Source: Oscillospiraceae bacterium (GTDB lineage Bacteria > Bacillota > Clostridia > Oscillospirales > Oscillospiraceae). From it: a stretch of DNA of 64,000 nt. Under the pieces are notes generated by a model, which worked only from the letters and a program-made list of their open reading frames with translations, searched no databases and was not told the DNA's origin. Below are positions 9,526-19,005 of this stretch, piece by piece (position 1 is the first letter of the stretch; each line of letters starts with the position of its first letter). The position numbers and the translations under genes were made by a program. The DNA is taken from positions 23,506 to 87,505 of the forward strand of contig JAFXCL010000028.1 of the NCBI GenBank assembly GCA_017521485.1, given 5' to 3'.

Positions 9526-11451
9526 TTAGATATCGATGTTAATGGCGTATTTTGCGTTGCGTTCGATCCATTCCTTACGGGGCTCCACCTGCTCGCCCAT
9601 CAGGACGGTAAAGATCTCGTCTGCCCGGCGGGCATCGTCCAGGGTGATCCGGCGCAGGGTGCGTTTTTCCGGGTCCATAGTGGTTTCCCAAAGTTCGTCC
9701 TTGTTCATTTCACCCAAGCCCTTAAACCGGCTGATTTCCACCTTTGCACCGCTTTCCCCACGAAGTTCTGCGGAAACGCGATCTCTTTCCTCATCGGAGT
9801 AAGCCACCCGCTCGGTCTTGCCTCTTTTGAGCTTATACAGCGGGGGAACGGCAGAGTAAACAAAGCCGTTTTCGATGAGCGGACGCATATAGCGGAAGAA
9901 GAAGGTCAAAAGCAATGTGCGGATATGGGCACCGTCCACGTCCGCATCGGACATAATGATGACCTTGTGGTAGCGCAATCTTTCAATATTGAAGTCCTCG
10001 CCGATGCCGCCGCCCAAGGCAACGATCAGGGGATTTAGCTTGTCGTTACCGTAGATCCGGTCCACACGGGCTTTTTCCACGTTGAGCATCTTACCCCACA
10101 TAGCCAATATTGCCTGGAAACGGGAGTCTCTGCCCTGGATGGCAGAGCCGGCTGCGGAGTCACCCTCCACGATGTAAATTTCGCACAGGGCGGGGTCTTT
10201 TTCGTTGCAGTCCTGCAGCTTATCAGGCATAGAAGTAGACTCCAGGCCTGTACCCCGGCGGATGTTCTCTCTTGCCTTCCGGGCGGCTTCTCTTGCCCGG
10301 TTTGCCATCATTGCTTTTTCCAGAATGATCTTGGCGGTGGCAGGATGCTCCTCAAAATAGGTGGCAAGCTGATCGTTTACGATCTGATCCACCATAGTCC
10401 GGATGTAGGCGTTGCCCAGCTTTGCCTTGGTCTGACCCTCGAACTGGGCATCGGTGAGCTTGACGGAAATAATGGCAGTGATGCCCTCCCGGCAGTCCTC
10501 GCCGGAGACCTTATCGTCGCCCTTGATAATGCCGTTCTTTGTGCCGTAGTTATTGAGCACTCTCGTCAGTGCCGTCTTAAAGCCGGTCTCGTGCATACCG
10601 CCCTCGGGGGTGCGCACATCGTTGGCAAAGGACTGGAGCGACTCACTGTAGCCGTCGTTATACTGGATGGCGATTTCCGCGGAGGCATCGCCCTTAGAGC
10701 CGGACATATAGATAATGTCAGAATGGATGGTAGTTTTGTGCCGGTTGGTCCAGGCGGCAAATTCCCGGATACCGCCCTCGTAGCACATGGTTTCGGTGAC
10801 AGACTCATCCTCCCGGGCGTCGGTAATGGTGATGGACAGACCTGCATTCAGGAAAGCCTCCTCACGCATACGCTCGTGGAGAATTTCGTAGCTGTAAACA
10901 AGCTCGTCGAACATTTCCGGATCGGGCTGGAAGGTGACCTCTGTTCCGGTTTTGTCGGTTTTGCCTACAATTTTCATTTCCTGGGTGATCTGACCCCGGG
11001 CAAATTTCATTTCGTAGATATTTCCGTTTTTGTAGACGCGAGCTGTGAGCCACTCAGACAGGGCATTCACAACAGAAGCGCCCACGCCATGCAGACCGCC
11101 GGAAACCTTGTAACCGCCGCCGCCAAACTTACCGCCTGCGTGAAGCACAGTGAAAACGACCTCCAGTGCCGGCTTGCCGGTCTGGGGCTGGATGTCCACG
11201 GGAATACCACGGCCGTCATCGGTGACGGTTATGGAGTTGCCGGGATTGATGGTGACCGTAATATGCTTACAGTAGCCTGCCAGCGCCTCGTCAATGGAGT
11301 TATCCACGATCTCATACACCAGATGGTGCAGACCGGAGGAGGATGTAGAGCCGATATACATACCGGGGCGCTTGCGCACAGCCTCCAGGCCTTCCAGCAC
11401 CTGAATCTGCGAACCGCCGTATTCCTGTGTTACTTTCGTTTCTTCAGACAT
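9526..11451 (-). CDS. gyrB: DNA gyrase subunit B
   Basis: LEAVRKRPGMYIG, GLHGVGASVVNALS, EGDSA, DADVDG and RFKGLGEM motifs. Confidence 0.97.
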   Translation of the reverse strand: MSEETKVTQEYGGSQIQVLEGLEAVRKRPGMYIGSTSSSGLHHLVYEIVDNSIDEALAGYCKHITVTINPGNSITVTDDGRGIPVDIQPQTGKPALEVVFTVLHAGGKFGGGGYKVSGGLHGVGASVVNALSEWLTARVYKNGNIYEMKFARGQITQEMKIVGKTDKTGTEVTFQPDPEMFDELVYSYEILHERMREEAFLNAGLSITITDAREDESVTETMCYEGGIREFAAWTNRHKTTIHSDIIYMSGSKGDASAEIAIQYNDGYSESLQSFANDVRTPEGGMHETGFKTALTRVLNNYGTKNGIIKGDDKVSGEDCREGITAIISVKLTDAQFEGQTKAKLGNAYIRTMVDQIVNDQLATYFEEHPATAKIILEKAMMANRAREAARKARENIRRGTGLESTSMPDKLQDCNEKDPALCEIYIVEGDSAAGSAIQGRDSRFQAILAMWGKMLNVEKARVDRIYGNDKLNPLIVALGGGIGEDFNIERLRYHKVIIMSDADVDGAHIRTLLLTFFFRYMRPLIENGFVYSAVPPLYKLKRGKTERVAYSDEERDRVSAELRGESGAKVEISRFKGLGEMNKDELWETTMDPEKRTLRRITLDDARRADEIFTVLMGEQVEPRKEWIERNAKYAINIDI

Positions 11452-11482
11452 AAATCATACTCCTGTCTTTCAGCTTTTGGGT

Positions 11483-12571
11483 TTATTTCTTTATTTCAAT
11501 GGTCTTACCCAATTTTGTAAATCTGCCCGGTTCGCAGCAGGTGATAAAGACCTGCCCATCGGTGATTTGGTTGAGCACAAAATCCTGCCGACCCGGGTCT
11601 AATTCCGACAGCACATCGTCCAGTAGCAGCACCGGAATCTCTCCCGACTCCTTTTTCATCAGCTCCCGCTGGGCAAGCTTCAGGCTGATGGCGGCAGTGC
11701 GGGTCTGTCCCTGAGAGCCAAAGGCTTTTACGGACATACCGGAAAGGGTCACATCAAAGTCATCCTTATGCGGTCCGGTGAGGCTTTGTCTGGACTCCAG
11801 CTCTGCCCGGTAGTGGCTCTGCAAATGTGCTAATAATTGTTCATTTATTGTCGAAACCGGGGCAAAGGGGTCGGTGACGGTGGAGACCGTCTTATACTCT
11901 AAACAAAAATCCTCTTTTCCCCCGGAAAAATGCTTGTGAAACTGGGCGGCTTCTCTGCCTAGACCCTCATAAAACCGCGCCCGGTAGGAGATTAGCAGTG
12001 CCCCCACCTGACACAGCCGGGCATTATACTCCGGCAGAATGTCCAGAAGCTGCGGGTTTTCGTGCCGGTCCTTTAAAATCCGGTTTTTCTGCTCCAAAAT
12101 ACGGTTGTACTCCGTCAGAGCCGCTTCATAGTTAGGTCTTAGTTGACATAACGCGGTATCTCCCAGCCGGCGGCGGTTTGATGCACCGGTTTTGAGTACC
12201 ATCAGATCCTCCGGACAAAACAGCACAGTCTGCAAAACGCCAGCAATATCCGCCGCGGTTTTCTTCTTGACACCATTGCGGTAAAGCTGTTTCGGGCGGG
12301 CGGCAGGGAACAAAATCCACCGCAGAGTCTGATTTCTCTCCTGGGAGAAGATTTCTCCCTCTATTTCCCCAAAATCAGCCCCCAGCTTTACAAGCTCTGC
12401 GCTTTTCTGGGTGCGAAACGCCTTTCCCGAGCCGAGATAAGCGATGGCTTCCAGCAAATTGGTTTTTCCCTGGGCGTTATCGCCCACGATCAGGTTCACA
12501 CCCGCATCAAATTCCAGAGAAAGTTCGTCGTAGCTGCGGAAATTCCGCAAAGAAATATTATTGAGGTTCAT
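11483..12571 (-). CDS. recF: DNA replication/repair protein RecF
   Basis: GDNAQGKTN P-loop, GSQGQ, LLLDDVLSELD; conserved synteny. Confidence 0.96.
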   Translation of the reverse strand: MNLNNISLRNFRSYDELSLEFDAGVNLIVGDNAQGKTNLLEAIAYLGSGKAFRTQKSAELVKLGADFGEIEGEIFSQERNQTLRWILFPAARPKQLYRNGVKKKTAADIAGVLQTVLFCPEDLMVLKTGASNRRRLGDTALCQLRPNYEAALTEYNRILEQKNRILKDRHENPQLLDILPEYNARLCQVGALLISYRARFYEGLGREAAQFHKHFSGGKEDFCLEYKTVSTVTDPFAPVSTINEQLLAHLQSHYRAELESRQSLTGPHKDDFDVTLSGMSVKAFGSQGQTRTAAISLKLAQRELMKKESGEIPVLLLDDVLSELDPGRQDFVLNQITDGQVFITCCEPGRFTKLGKTIEIKK

Positions 12572-12809
12572 GGATACAAATTAAATATTCCGCTCCCTGA
12601 TAGGACACGGTATCCCCGGGATAAAGCTTCTTGCCCCGCATGGTGCAGACTTCACCGTTGACGGACACAAGACCGTCTTGAATATCCGCCTTTGCCATAC
12701 CGCCGGACTCTACTGCGTTGGCAAATTTCAGTGCCGCTTCCAGCTTGATAAATTCTGTACCGATCACAACAGGGATGCGGTCTGCTTTTCGTTTGACTGT
12801 TACCTTCAT
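12558..12809 (-). CDS. yaaA: S4-domain RNA-binding protein YaaA
   Basis: FIKL..ALK....ESGG.AK..I..G.V.VNGE.CT.RGKKL; lies between dnaN and recF. Confidence 0.9.
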   Translation of the reverse strand: MKVTVKRKADRIPVVIGTEFIKLEAALKFANAVESGGMAKADIQDGLVSVNGEVCTMRGKKLYPGDTVSYQGAEYLICIHEPQ

Positions 12810-12881
12810 TGTAAATATTCCTTCTTACTTTCCTTGTTAATTGACAATAAAATCATTTATAAATACGGATATCTTATTAAG

Positions 12882-12994
12882 TGCGTCATCCTGAGCGAAC
12901 ATAGTGAGTCGAAGGATCTTCGCACCGATTTTACTATACAATTAAACAAAATGCGTAGATTCTTCGATGCGCTTCGCTTACTCAGAATGACGCA
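12882..12994. repeat. Two-armed GTCAT...ATGAC palindromic element
   Basis: Terminal IR TGCGTCATCCTGAG/CTCAGAATGACGCA, inner GAAGGATCT/AGATTCTTC. Confidence 0.8.
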
Positions 12995-13030
12995 GTTTGA
13001 TGGCTGATAATATCTACCGTACCTGCGGGA

Positions 13031-13070
13031 TAATTGATAATTGTCCATTGTCAATTATCAATTCTTAATT
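13031..13070. repeat. Heptamer (AATTGAC/AATGGAC-type) repeat tract overlapping dnaN stop
   Basis: TAATTGATAATTGTCCATTGTCAATTATCAATTCTTAATT. Confidence 0.7.
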
Positions 13071-14164
13071 CTCACAGGCAATACCATATAGGCAAAATCC
13101 TGCTTTTCGTCCACGGGGGTCAGCACAATGGGGCTCAGGCCATTTGTCAGCTCCAACACCACTTCCTCACTGGGAACGGCACGGAGGGCATCGGCAAGAT
13201 ACCGGACATTAAAGCCGATCTCCAGATCCTTGCCATCACCGGCAAGACTGCACCGGTCCTCGGCGGCGCCGATGGTGGTGTTGGTTTTCAGCAGCAGAAC
13301 CTGATTGGAGAACACGCACCGCACCGGGCTTTTATATTTTTCGGAAACGATCAGACCAACACGCTCAATGGAGGAAGAAAGGTCATACACATTTGCCACC
13401 AGCTTCACAGGGCAATTGGTAGGCACAACCTTTCTCCAATCCAAAAATTCACCCTCCAGCAGACGGCAGATCACGGTTGCATCTCCGATCTGGTACAAAA
13501 TGTGCTTTGCGCCCATGGTGAAAGCCACATTCTCGTCGCTGTCGGACAAAATCTTTTCCACTTCCTTTAAGCCCTGTGCAGGCACAACGAAAGAAAGGGT
13601 AAGGCCTGTCTCATCCTCGGTATGAAAGGTACGGCGGGCAAGGCGGAAGCCGTCCACCGCAATGGCAGAAACAGTAGTATTTTCCACCTCGAACTTAATA
13701 CCGGTGTGAATGGGTCTGCCCTGATTTTCGGAAACGGCAAAAATCGTTCCGTTGATCAGCTCCTTGAGGGCAGTCTGGGGGATCCGCACACTTCTGCCGC
13801 TTCCAACCTCCGGCAGCTCCGGATAGTCCTCTGCCGGCTCAGCGGAAATGGTGAAGGAGGCGTAGCCGGAACGGATGGAGACCTTATAATTTTCATCCAC
13901 TACCACAGTTACAGGACCCTCCGGCAGACGGCGGATAATATCGCCAAACAGCTTAGCCGGAATCACACATTCGCCGGCTTCTGTTACCTCTGCCTCGATT
14001 TCATAAATAATTGCAGTTTCCATATTATAGCCGGTCAGGCTCAGACCACTGCCTGCTCTGCACAAAATACCCTCAATGGCAGAAAGACTGCTCTTCTGGG
14101 CAACAGTTCTGCCGGTGATATTCAGACCGGTTACAAGCATATTTTTTTCACAGGTAAAGCGCAT
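13058..14164 (-). CDS. dnaN: DNA polymerase III beta clamp
   Basis: AVDGFRLA, IGFNVRYL and C-terminal MVLPVR; directly downstream of dnaA. Confidence 0.96.
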   Translation of the reverse strand: MRFTCEKNMLVTGLNITGRTVAQKSSLSAIEGILCRAGSGLSLTGYNMETAIIYEIEAEVTEAGECVIPAKLFGDIIRRLPEGPVTVVVDENYKVSIRSGYASFTISAEPAEDYPELPEVGSGRSVRIPQTALKELINGTIFAVSENQGRPIHTGIKFEVENTTVSAIAVDGFRLARRTFHTEDETGLTLSFVVPAQGLKEVEKILSDSDENVAFTMGAKHILYQIGDATVICRLLEGEFLDWRKVVPTNCPVKLVANVYDLSSSIERVGLIVSEKYKSPVRCVFSNQVLLLKTNTTIGAAEDRCSLAGDGKDLEIGFNVRYLADALRAVPSEEVVLELTNGLSPIVLTPVDEKQDFAYMVLPVRIKN

Positions 14165-14183
14165 AGGAAAAACCTCTTTTCTG

Positions 14184-14410
14184 AAATATAAAAATATATA
14201 TATTAAAAAATAGATATTTAAGGTAGTAGTAACAGTAGTAGTAGAAAGTTATGTGGAAAAGTGCCTTTTGCCTAAGAGCCCCAAGGACTTTTTCTCCACA
14301 GACCAATTGTGGAAAAGAAAGAGTTTTTAACAGGCCCTGTGGACAGAAAAAAGGAAAGAGAGTTTTCCACAAAAAGTTTTCCACATTCCACAACCCCTTG
14401 TGGAAGAAAA
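14184..14410. other. Chromosomal replication origin oriC (unwinding region)
   Basis: AT-rich tract 14184-14221; DnaA-trios TAG TAG TAA CAG TAG TAG TAG 14224-14244; DnaA boxes at 14252, 14308, 14363, 14377 plus degenerate ones at 14292, 14338, 14384, 14399; dnaA-dnaN intergenic position. Confidence 0.92.
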
Positions 14411-15724
14411 TCAGAGGCTGGAATTGATATTTGCCTTAATATCCCGGATCAGGTTTTTCATTTCCTCGTTTCCGGCTTTTAAGGTGCTTTCTACTTTATT
14501 GATCGAGTAGAGAACAGTGGAATGGTCTTTATTTAGTTCCTTACCGATATCCGGCAGGCTCAGGTTCGTCATGGTGCGGATCAGATACATTGCCACCTGG
14601 CGGGCCTCGGCAGTTCCCTTATTTTTCAGCGTACCCCGCAGGATGGTTTCATCGATGGAGTAGTACTTACACACCTGACTGATGATCAGCGCCGGAGTGG
14701 GCAGGGCACTGCCCTCGCTTTTAAACATATCCGCAATGGCGCGGGTCACATTTTCCAGGGTCAGCTCCATACCGTTCAAGTCCACATAGGCACGGAGCTT
14801 TTTCACAGTGCCTTCGATCTGCCGGACATTGTTGGTAACATTGTTGGCAATGTAGTTACAGACCTCGTCTCCCAGCTCCAGGGCAAGGGAGGTGGCTTTA
14901 TTTTTGATGATCGCCATTCTGGTCTCGTAATCCGGCGGCTGGATATCTGCCACCAGACCCCACTCAAAGCGGGTGCGCAGGCGGTCTTCCAGTGTGGGCA
15001 TATCGCTGGGCTTCCGGTCGGAGGTCATCACGATCTGCTTGTGCTCCTCGTAGAGCTTATTGAAGGTGTGGAAGAATTCCTCCTGGGTGGAATCCTTGCC
15101 GGCAATAAACTGAATGTCATCAATGAGAAACAGGTCTGCTTCCCGGTATTTATTCCGAAATTCTATGTTTTTACCGCTTTTAATTGCGTCGATCAGCTCG
15201 TTGGTAAATTCGTCACCCTTGATGTAGACCACCTTTGCCTCCGGATTTTTCTTCCGGATGCCGTTGGCAATGGCATACAGCAGGTGGGTCTTGCCAACAC
15301 CGGGAGGGCCGTAAATAAACAGAGGATTGTAGACCTGACCGGGATTGTTGGTAACGCCAATCGCCGCGCCATGGGCAAAGCGGTTGGAGGGGCCCACCAC
15401 AAAGCTGTCGAAGGAGAACTGGGGATTAAAATCCATAGAAGTGAGATTTTTTCCCCGGGAGCGGTAGGTATCCAGCTCCTGCTGACTATAAACCGTCAGC
15501 TTTGCCTCAGAATCGAAGATCTCCTTCAAGGCATCTTCAATGGGGTCTTTATAGCGCTTGATGATATTTTCCCGGCGGAAGTCCGAGGGGGAATAAATAA
15601 TCAGGGCTTCTTCATTTAGTTCCACCACTTCCGCATCGTCAAAACTGGCGGAGATGGTAATGGGGTCCAGGCGTTCCTCCAGATAGTTGAGGATCTTTGC
15701 CCAGACATAAGCAGAAGAGTACAT
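14411..15724 (-). CDS. dnaA: Chromosomal replication initiator DnaA
   Basis: YNPLFIYGPPGVGKTHL, IDDIQF, QEEFFHTFN, NVRQIEG and KDHSTV motifs; start moved to ATG 15724 (MYSSAYVW). Confidence 0.97.
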   Translation of the reverse strand: MYSSAYVWAKILNYLEERLDPITISASFDDAEVVELNEEALIIYSPSDFRRENIIKRYKDPIEDALKEIFDSEAKLTVYSQQELDTYRSRGKNLTSMDFNPQFSFDSFVVGPSNRFAHGAAIGVTNNPGQVYNPLFIYGPPGVGKTHLLYAIANGIRKKNPEAKVVYIKGDEFTNELIDAIKSGKNIEFRNKYREADLFLIDDIQFIAGKDSTQEEFFHTFNKLYEEHKQIVMTSDRKPSDMPTLEDRLRTRFEWGLVADIQPPDYETRMAIIKNKATSLALELGDEVCNYIANNVTNNVRQIEGTVKKLRAYVDLNGMELTLENVTRAIADMFKSEGSALPTPALIISQVCKYYSIDETILRGTLKNKGTAEARQVAMYLIRTMTNLSLPDIGKELNKDHSTVLYSINKVESTLKAGNEEMKNLIRDIKANINSSL

Positions 15725-15765
15725 AGTTATGTTCCTTTCGCGTAAAAAATTAAGACAGAAGGCAG

Positions 15766-15934
15766 TTTTACACAGCCTTGTGGATACTATTTCTTCACGG
15801 TACATTTTACCACCTTTCTTTGAAAAAAACAAGGTTTTTTTCCACAGATACAATATAAATAAAGAATTAAATGCAAAATGCAAAACGCAGAGTGCAAAAT
15901 GGTAGTTGAAAATTTATAAAAAACCCGCTATGAT
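15766..15934. promoter_or_regulatory. Divergent promoters of dnaA and the ParB-BMP operon, with DnaA boxes
   Basis: Boxes at 15766-15774, 15779-15787, 15838-15846; minus strand TTGTTT-N17-TAAAAT; plus strand TTGAAA(15906)-N17-TATGAT(15929). Confidence 0.65.
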
Positions 15935-15963
15935 GGAAGAAAAACGGGAAAGGGCGAGGGGAA

Positions 15964-17922
15964 ATGTACTTACAGGAAGCACGGGAAGAGTATTTGCAGG
16001 CACTGAAAAAAGGTCAGCGGGAGCACAAAGCCCTGATCGCCGAGGGAAAAGACCCCTATCCTGCGGTGCTGGAAAACCTGCCGGACTACCGGGGAGACGA
16101 AAATACCGCAAGCATCGGCACGATGGAAATTCCTATTGAACGGATCGTAGGAATGAGTACCGCTGGCAGAGTGACCGCTTTTAGTGCCGGTTTTATGCCC
16201 CTGCTGCCCCCAGAAACGGAGTTTGGGTTAAAATGGATCAATCTGTGCGCCGCCCATCTTGGAAGCGGCATACGAGAGCCTGTGGTCTGCTACGAGTATT
16301 TGGGCAACTTCTATATTCAAGAGGGCAATAAGCGGGTCAGTGTGCTGCGCCACTTCGGTGCGGCGCGCGTGCCTGCAACGGTGATCCGGGTGCTGCCTGC
16401 GCCCTCACAGCTGCCCAGGATCCAGGCGTACTATGAATTTATGGAATTTTTCCGGGAAACCGGGCTTTATGACATCCAGTTTACAAACCCCGGGGAGTAC
16501 GCCCAGCTGCGCGCCCTTTTGGGGAAAGCACCGGGGGAAAAGTGGTCGGAATTGGAAAGCCGTACTTTTTCTTCCTACTTTCAATATTTCCGGGATGCCT
16601 TTTTTGCAATGAAGGACTCTTTCGGCGCGCTCCAGCCGGAGGAGGCACTGCTTTTATGGCTGCAGGTCTATTCCTATCCGGAGCTGACAAGTATGTCCGA
16701 CACCCAGCTTAAGCAGACCCTTGCCTCCTTACGGGAGGACCTTTTGACAATGGCACAGGAAAAGCCGGTGGAGGTGCGCACCGAGCCGGTGGAAATAGAG
16801 CAAAAGGGTAATATTATCAGCCGGTTTTTAACCTCCACACCGGATAAAGTGCAGGTTGCCTTTGTGCACCCGCTGGATGCAAAAGTAAGCGGCTGGATCG
16901 CCGGTCACGAAGCTGGCAGAGAGCACTTGGAGCAGGCGCTGGGTAATAGCGTCACCGTAAAGAGCTACTTCCACGCAGACACCCCGGAGCAGGCAGAGGC
17001 ACTTTTGGAGCAGGCGGTAGCAGAGGGCGCACAGGTGGTATTTACCACCACGCCCCCCTTGAGCACGCCTACCTTCCGGATGGCGGTAAAATACCCAAAG
17101 GTCCAGTTTCTCAACTGCTCGGTGGATGCCCCCTATTCCAGCATCCGCACCTATTACGGCAGAATTTATGAGGCAAAATTCATTACCGGTGCCATCGCCG
17201 GCGCAATGGCAAGCGACGACCGGATCGGCTACATCGGCTCAAACCCCATTTTCGGTGTGCCTGCTTCCATCAATGCCTTTGCCCTGGGCGCACAGATGAC
17301 AAATCCCCGGGCGAAGATCAGCCTGCGCTGGTCCTGTCTGCCCGGCTCGCCCCAGGAGGCGTTCCAAAAGGCGGGTATCCGGGTATTTTCCAACCGGGAT
17401 GTGCCCACCCAAGAGCCGAAATACTTAAACTTCTGCTCCTACGGTACATATCAGCTAAACGACCAGGATGAATTGGAGCCTTTGGCATCCCCGGTGTGGG
17501 TGTGGGGCGAATTTTACGAAAAGGTGATCCGCTCCATACTGGCAGGCACTTGGGAGAAGGATAAGCACTCTCCCAGAGCGCTCAATTATTGGTGGGGAAT
17601 GGACAGCGGCGTGATCGATGTGGAGCTGGCAAAGAACCTGCCGGAGGGCGTTACAGAGTTGGCACAGCTTTTGCGGCAGGCACTGAGAAACGGCACATTA
17701 GATCCCTTCCGACGCCGGATCATAGCACAAGACGGGACGGTAAAAAACGACGGCAGTCATACCTTTACCCCCTGGGAGCTTCTGCACATGGATTGGCTGT
17801 GTGAAAATGTGGAGGGCAGTATTCCGGAATACGAAAATATTGAACCCTTTGCCCAGCCCATCGTCCGGGCGCTGGGCATCCACAGAGATAAAATACCTGC
17901 AGAAATGGAGGAGACAAAATGA
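15964..17922 (+). CDS. Cytoplasmic fusion: N-terminal ParB/Srx-like domain plus C-terminal BMP (PnrA-like) ligand-binding domain
   Basis: IREPVVCYEYLGNFYIQEGNKRVSV resembles the ParB/Srx core; YGRIYEAKFITGAIAG...RIGYIG..P......INAFALGA..TNP is BMP-like; no signal peptide or lipobox. Confidence 0.75.
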   Translation: MYLQEAREEYLQALKKGQREHKALIAEGKDPYPAVLENLPDYRGDENTASIGTMEIPIERIVGMSTAGRVTAFSAGFMPLLPPETEFGLKWINLCAAHLGSGIREPVVCYEYLGNFYIQEGNKRVSVLRHFGAARVPATVIRVLPAPSQLPRIQAYYEFMEFFRETGLYDIQFTNPGEYAQLRALLGKAPGEKWSELESRTFSSYFQYFRDAFFAMKDSFGALQPEEALLLWLQVYSYPELTSMSDTQLKQTLASLREDLLTMAQEKPVEVRTEPVEIEQKGNIISRFLTSTPDKVQVAFVHPLDAKVSGWIAGHEAGREHLEQALGNSVTVKSYFHADTPEQAEALLEQAVAEGAQVVFTTTPPLSTPTFRMAVKYPKVQFLNCSVDAPYSSIRTYYGRIYEAKFITGAIAGAMASDDRIGYIGSNPIFGVPASINAFALGAQMTNPRAKISLRWSCLPGSPQEAFQKAGIRVFSNRDVPTQEPKYLNFCSYGTYQLNDQDELEPLASPVWVWGEFYEKVIRSILAGTWEKDKHSPRALNYWWGMDSGVIDVELAKNLPEGVTELAQLLRQALRNGTLDPFRRRIIAQDGTVKNDGSHTFTPWELLHMDWLCENVEGSIPEYENIEPFAQPIVRALGIHRDKIPAEMEETK

Positions 17923-18581
17923 AGATTTTGGCTGTTTCCGATGAGCCCAGTCCCGCCCTGTGGGATTACTATAAAGAGGGCTGTCTGAAGGACTATGACC
18001 TGATCCTCTCCTGTGGTGACCTGAAAGGGGAATATCTGTCTTTTCTGGTGACCATGGCACGGTGTCCGGTATTTTATGTCCACGGCAATCACGACACCTC
18101 CTACGACAGAAAGCCTCCCCTGGGCTGCGACTGTATCGAGGACAAGCTGGTGGAAGTAAACGGTGTGAAGATCCTCGGATTGGGAGGAAGCCGGAAATAC
18201 GGCGGGGGAAAGCACCAGTATTCGGAAAAGGAAATGCAAAAAAGGATCCGCCGTCTGCGCTTTGCCCTGTGGCGTGCCGGAGGGGTAGATATCGTGGTGA
18301 CCCACGCTCCTGTTGCGGGAGTTGGTGACGGAGAGGACATTGCCCATAAGGGGTTTGAGGCATTCCGGGAGCTGCTGGACAAATATCACCCCCAATATCT
18401 GCTCCACGGCCATATGCACCTTTGCTACGGGCAGGATAAAACCAGGCAAAGACAGTACGGTCAAACCACGGTGATCAATGCCGACGGGAAAATTGTACTG
18501 GATGTGGAAGATAAAATTTTCCCGAAAAATTCCCACCTTATGATCCGCTGGCATAACGGCGCACCCAAATTACCCGATTAA
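17919..18581 (+). CDS. Calcineurin-like metallophosphoesterase
   Basis: SDE, CGDL, HGNHD, THAP and HGHMH motifs; ATGA overlap with upstream gene. Confidence 0.9.
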   Translation: MKILAVSDEPSPALWDYYKEGCLKDYDLILSCGDLKGEYLSFLVTMARCPVFYVHGNHDTSYDRKPPLGCDCIEDKLVEVNGVKILGLGGSRKYGGGKHQYSEKEMQKRIRRLRFALWRAGGVDIVVTHAPVAGVGDGEDIAHKGFEAFRELLDKYHPQYLLHGHMHLCYGQDKTRQRQYGQTTVINADGKIVLDVEDKIFPKNSHLMIRWHNGAPKLPD

Positions 18582-18609
18582 AAAAGCGCGGTGAAAACCG
18601 CGCTTTTTA
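18581..18609 (+). terminator. Intrinsic terminator
   Basis: AAAAAGCGCGGT-GAAA-ACCGCGCTTTTT. Confidence 0.85.
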
Positions 18610-18766
18610 TAATTGAAAATTGAAAATTATTGTATTTCCTCCGGAAATGATTAAAAATAATCTTTCGGTTTCCAGCTAATTAAAAGGCAACAGCTATCCC
18701 TTATTTGATACCCTTCTACAAACGCATAAAGGCTCGTTTGCACCTTCGTCCGAACGCGGGTGGGGT

Positions 18767-18926
18767 ACATAGGGGAGGGGGATTTTATGTGCGGGAGCAC
18801 ATGGATCCCCCTCCCCTATGTCGCATTCTTTGGGTACTTTCTTGGCGAAACAAGAAAGTACCGCCCCCGGCAGGGACTGCACCTTTAATTTGGAGATTGC
18901 CACGTCGCTTCGCTCCTCGCAATGAC
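18767..18926. repeat. Composite palindromic repeat: long hairpin, TACTTTCT/AGAAAGTA hairpin and GTCAT-family half
   Basis: ACATAGGGGAGGGGGA/TCCCCCTCCCCTATGT; GGTACTTTCTTG/CAAGAAAGTACC; GGAGATTGCCACG...CTCGCAATGAC. Confidence 0.7.
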
Positions 18927-18962
18927 GTGGAGGTATGATAGCCAACACATTCATTTTGCTTT

Positions 18963-18996
18963 AAAAAAACGCACTGGCTTAGTCAGTGCGTTTTTT
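18963..18996 (-). terminator. Intrinsic terminator of pta
   Basis: AAAAAAACGCACTGGC-TTA-GTCAGTGCGTTTTTT. Confidence 0.8.
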
Positions 18997-19005
18997 GGAT
19001 ACATA

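Noticed and set aside
15725-15883. N-terminal extensions in the ORF track (dnaA, remB, rpsF, cdd, mscL, yfbR, glgB, CDF)
   Set aside because: Downstream starts have proper RBSs or match family N-termini; the extensions cross promoters or repeats
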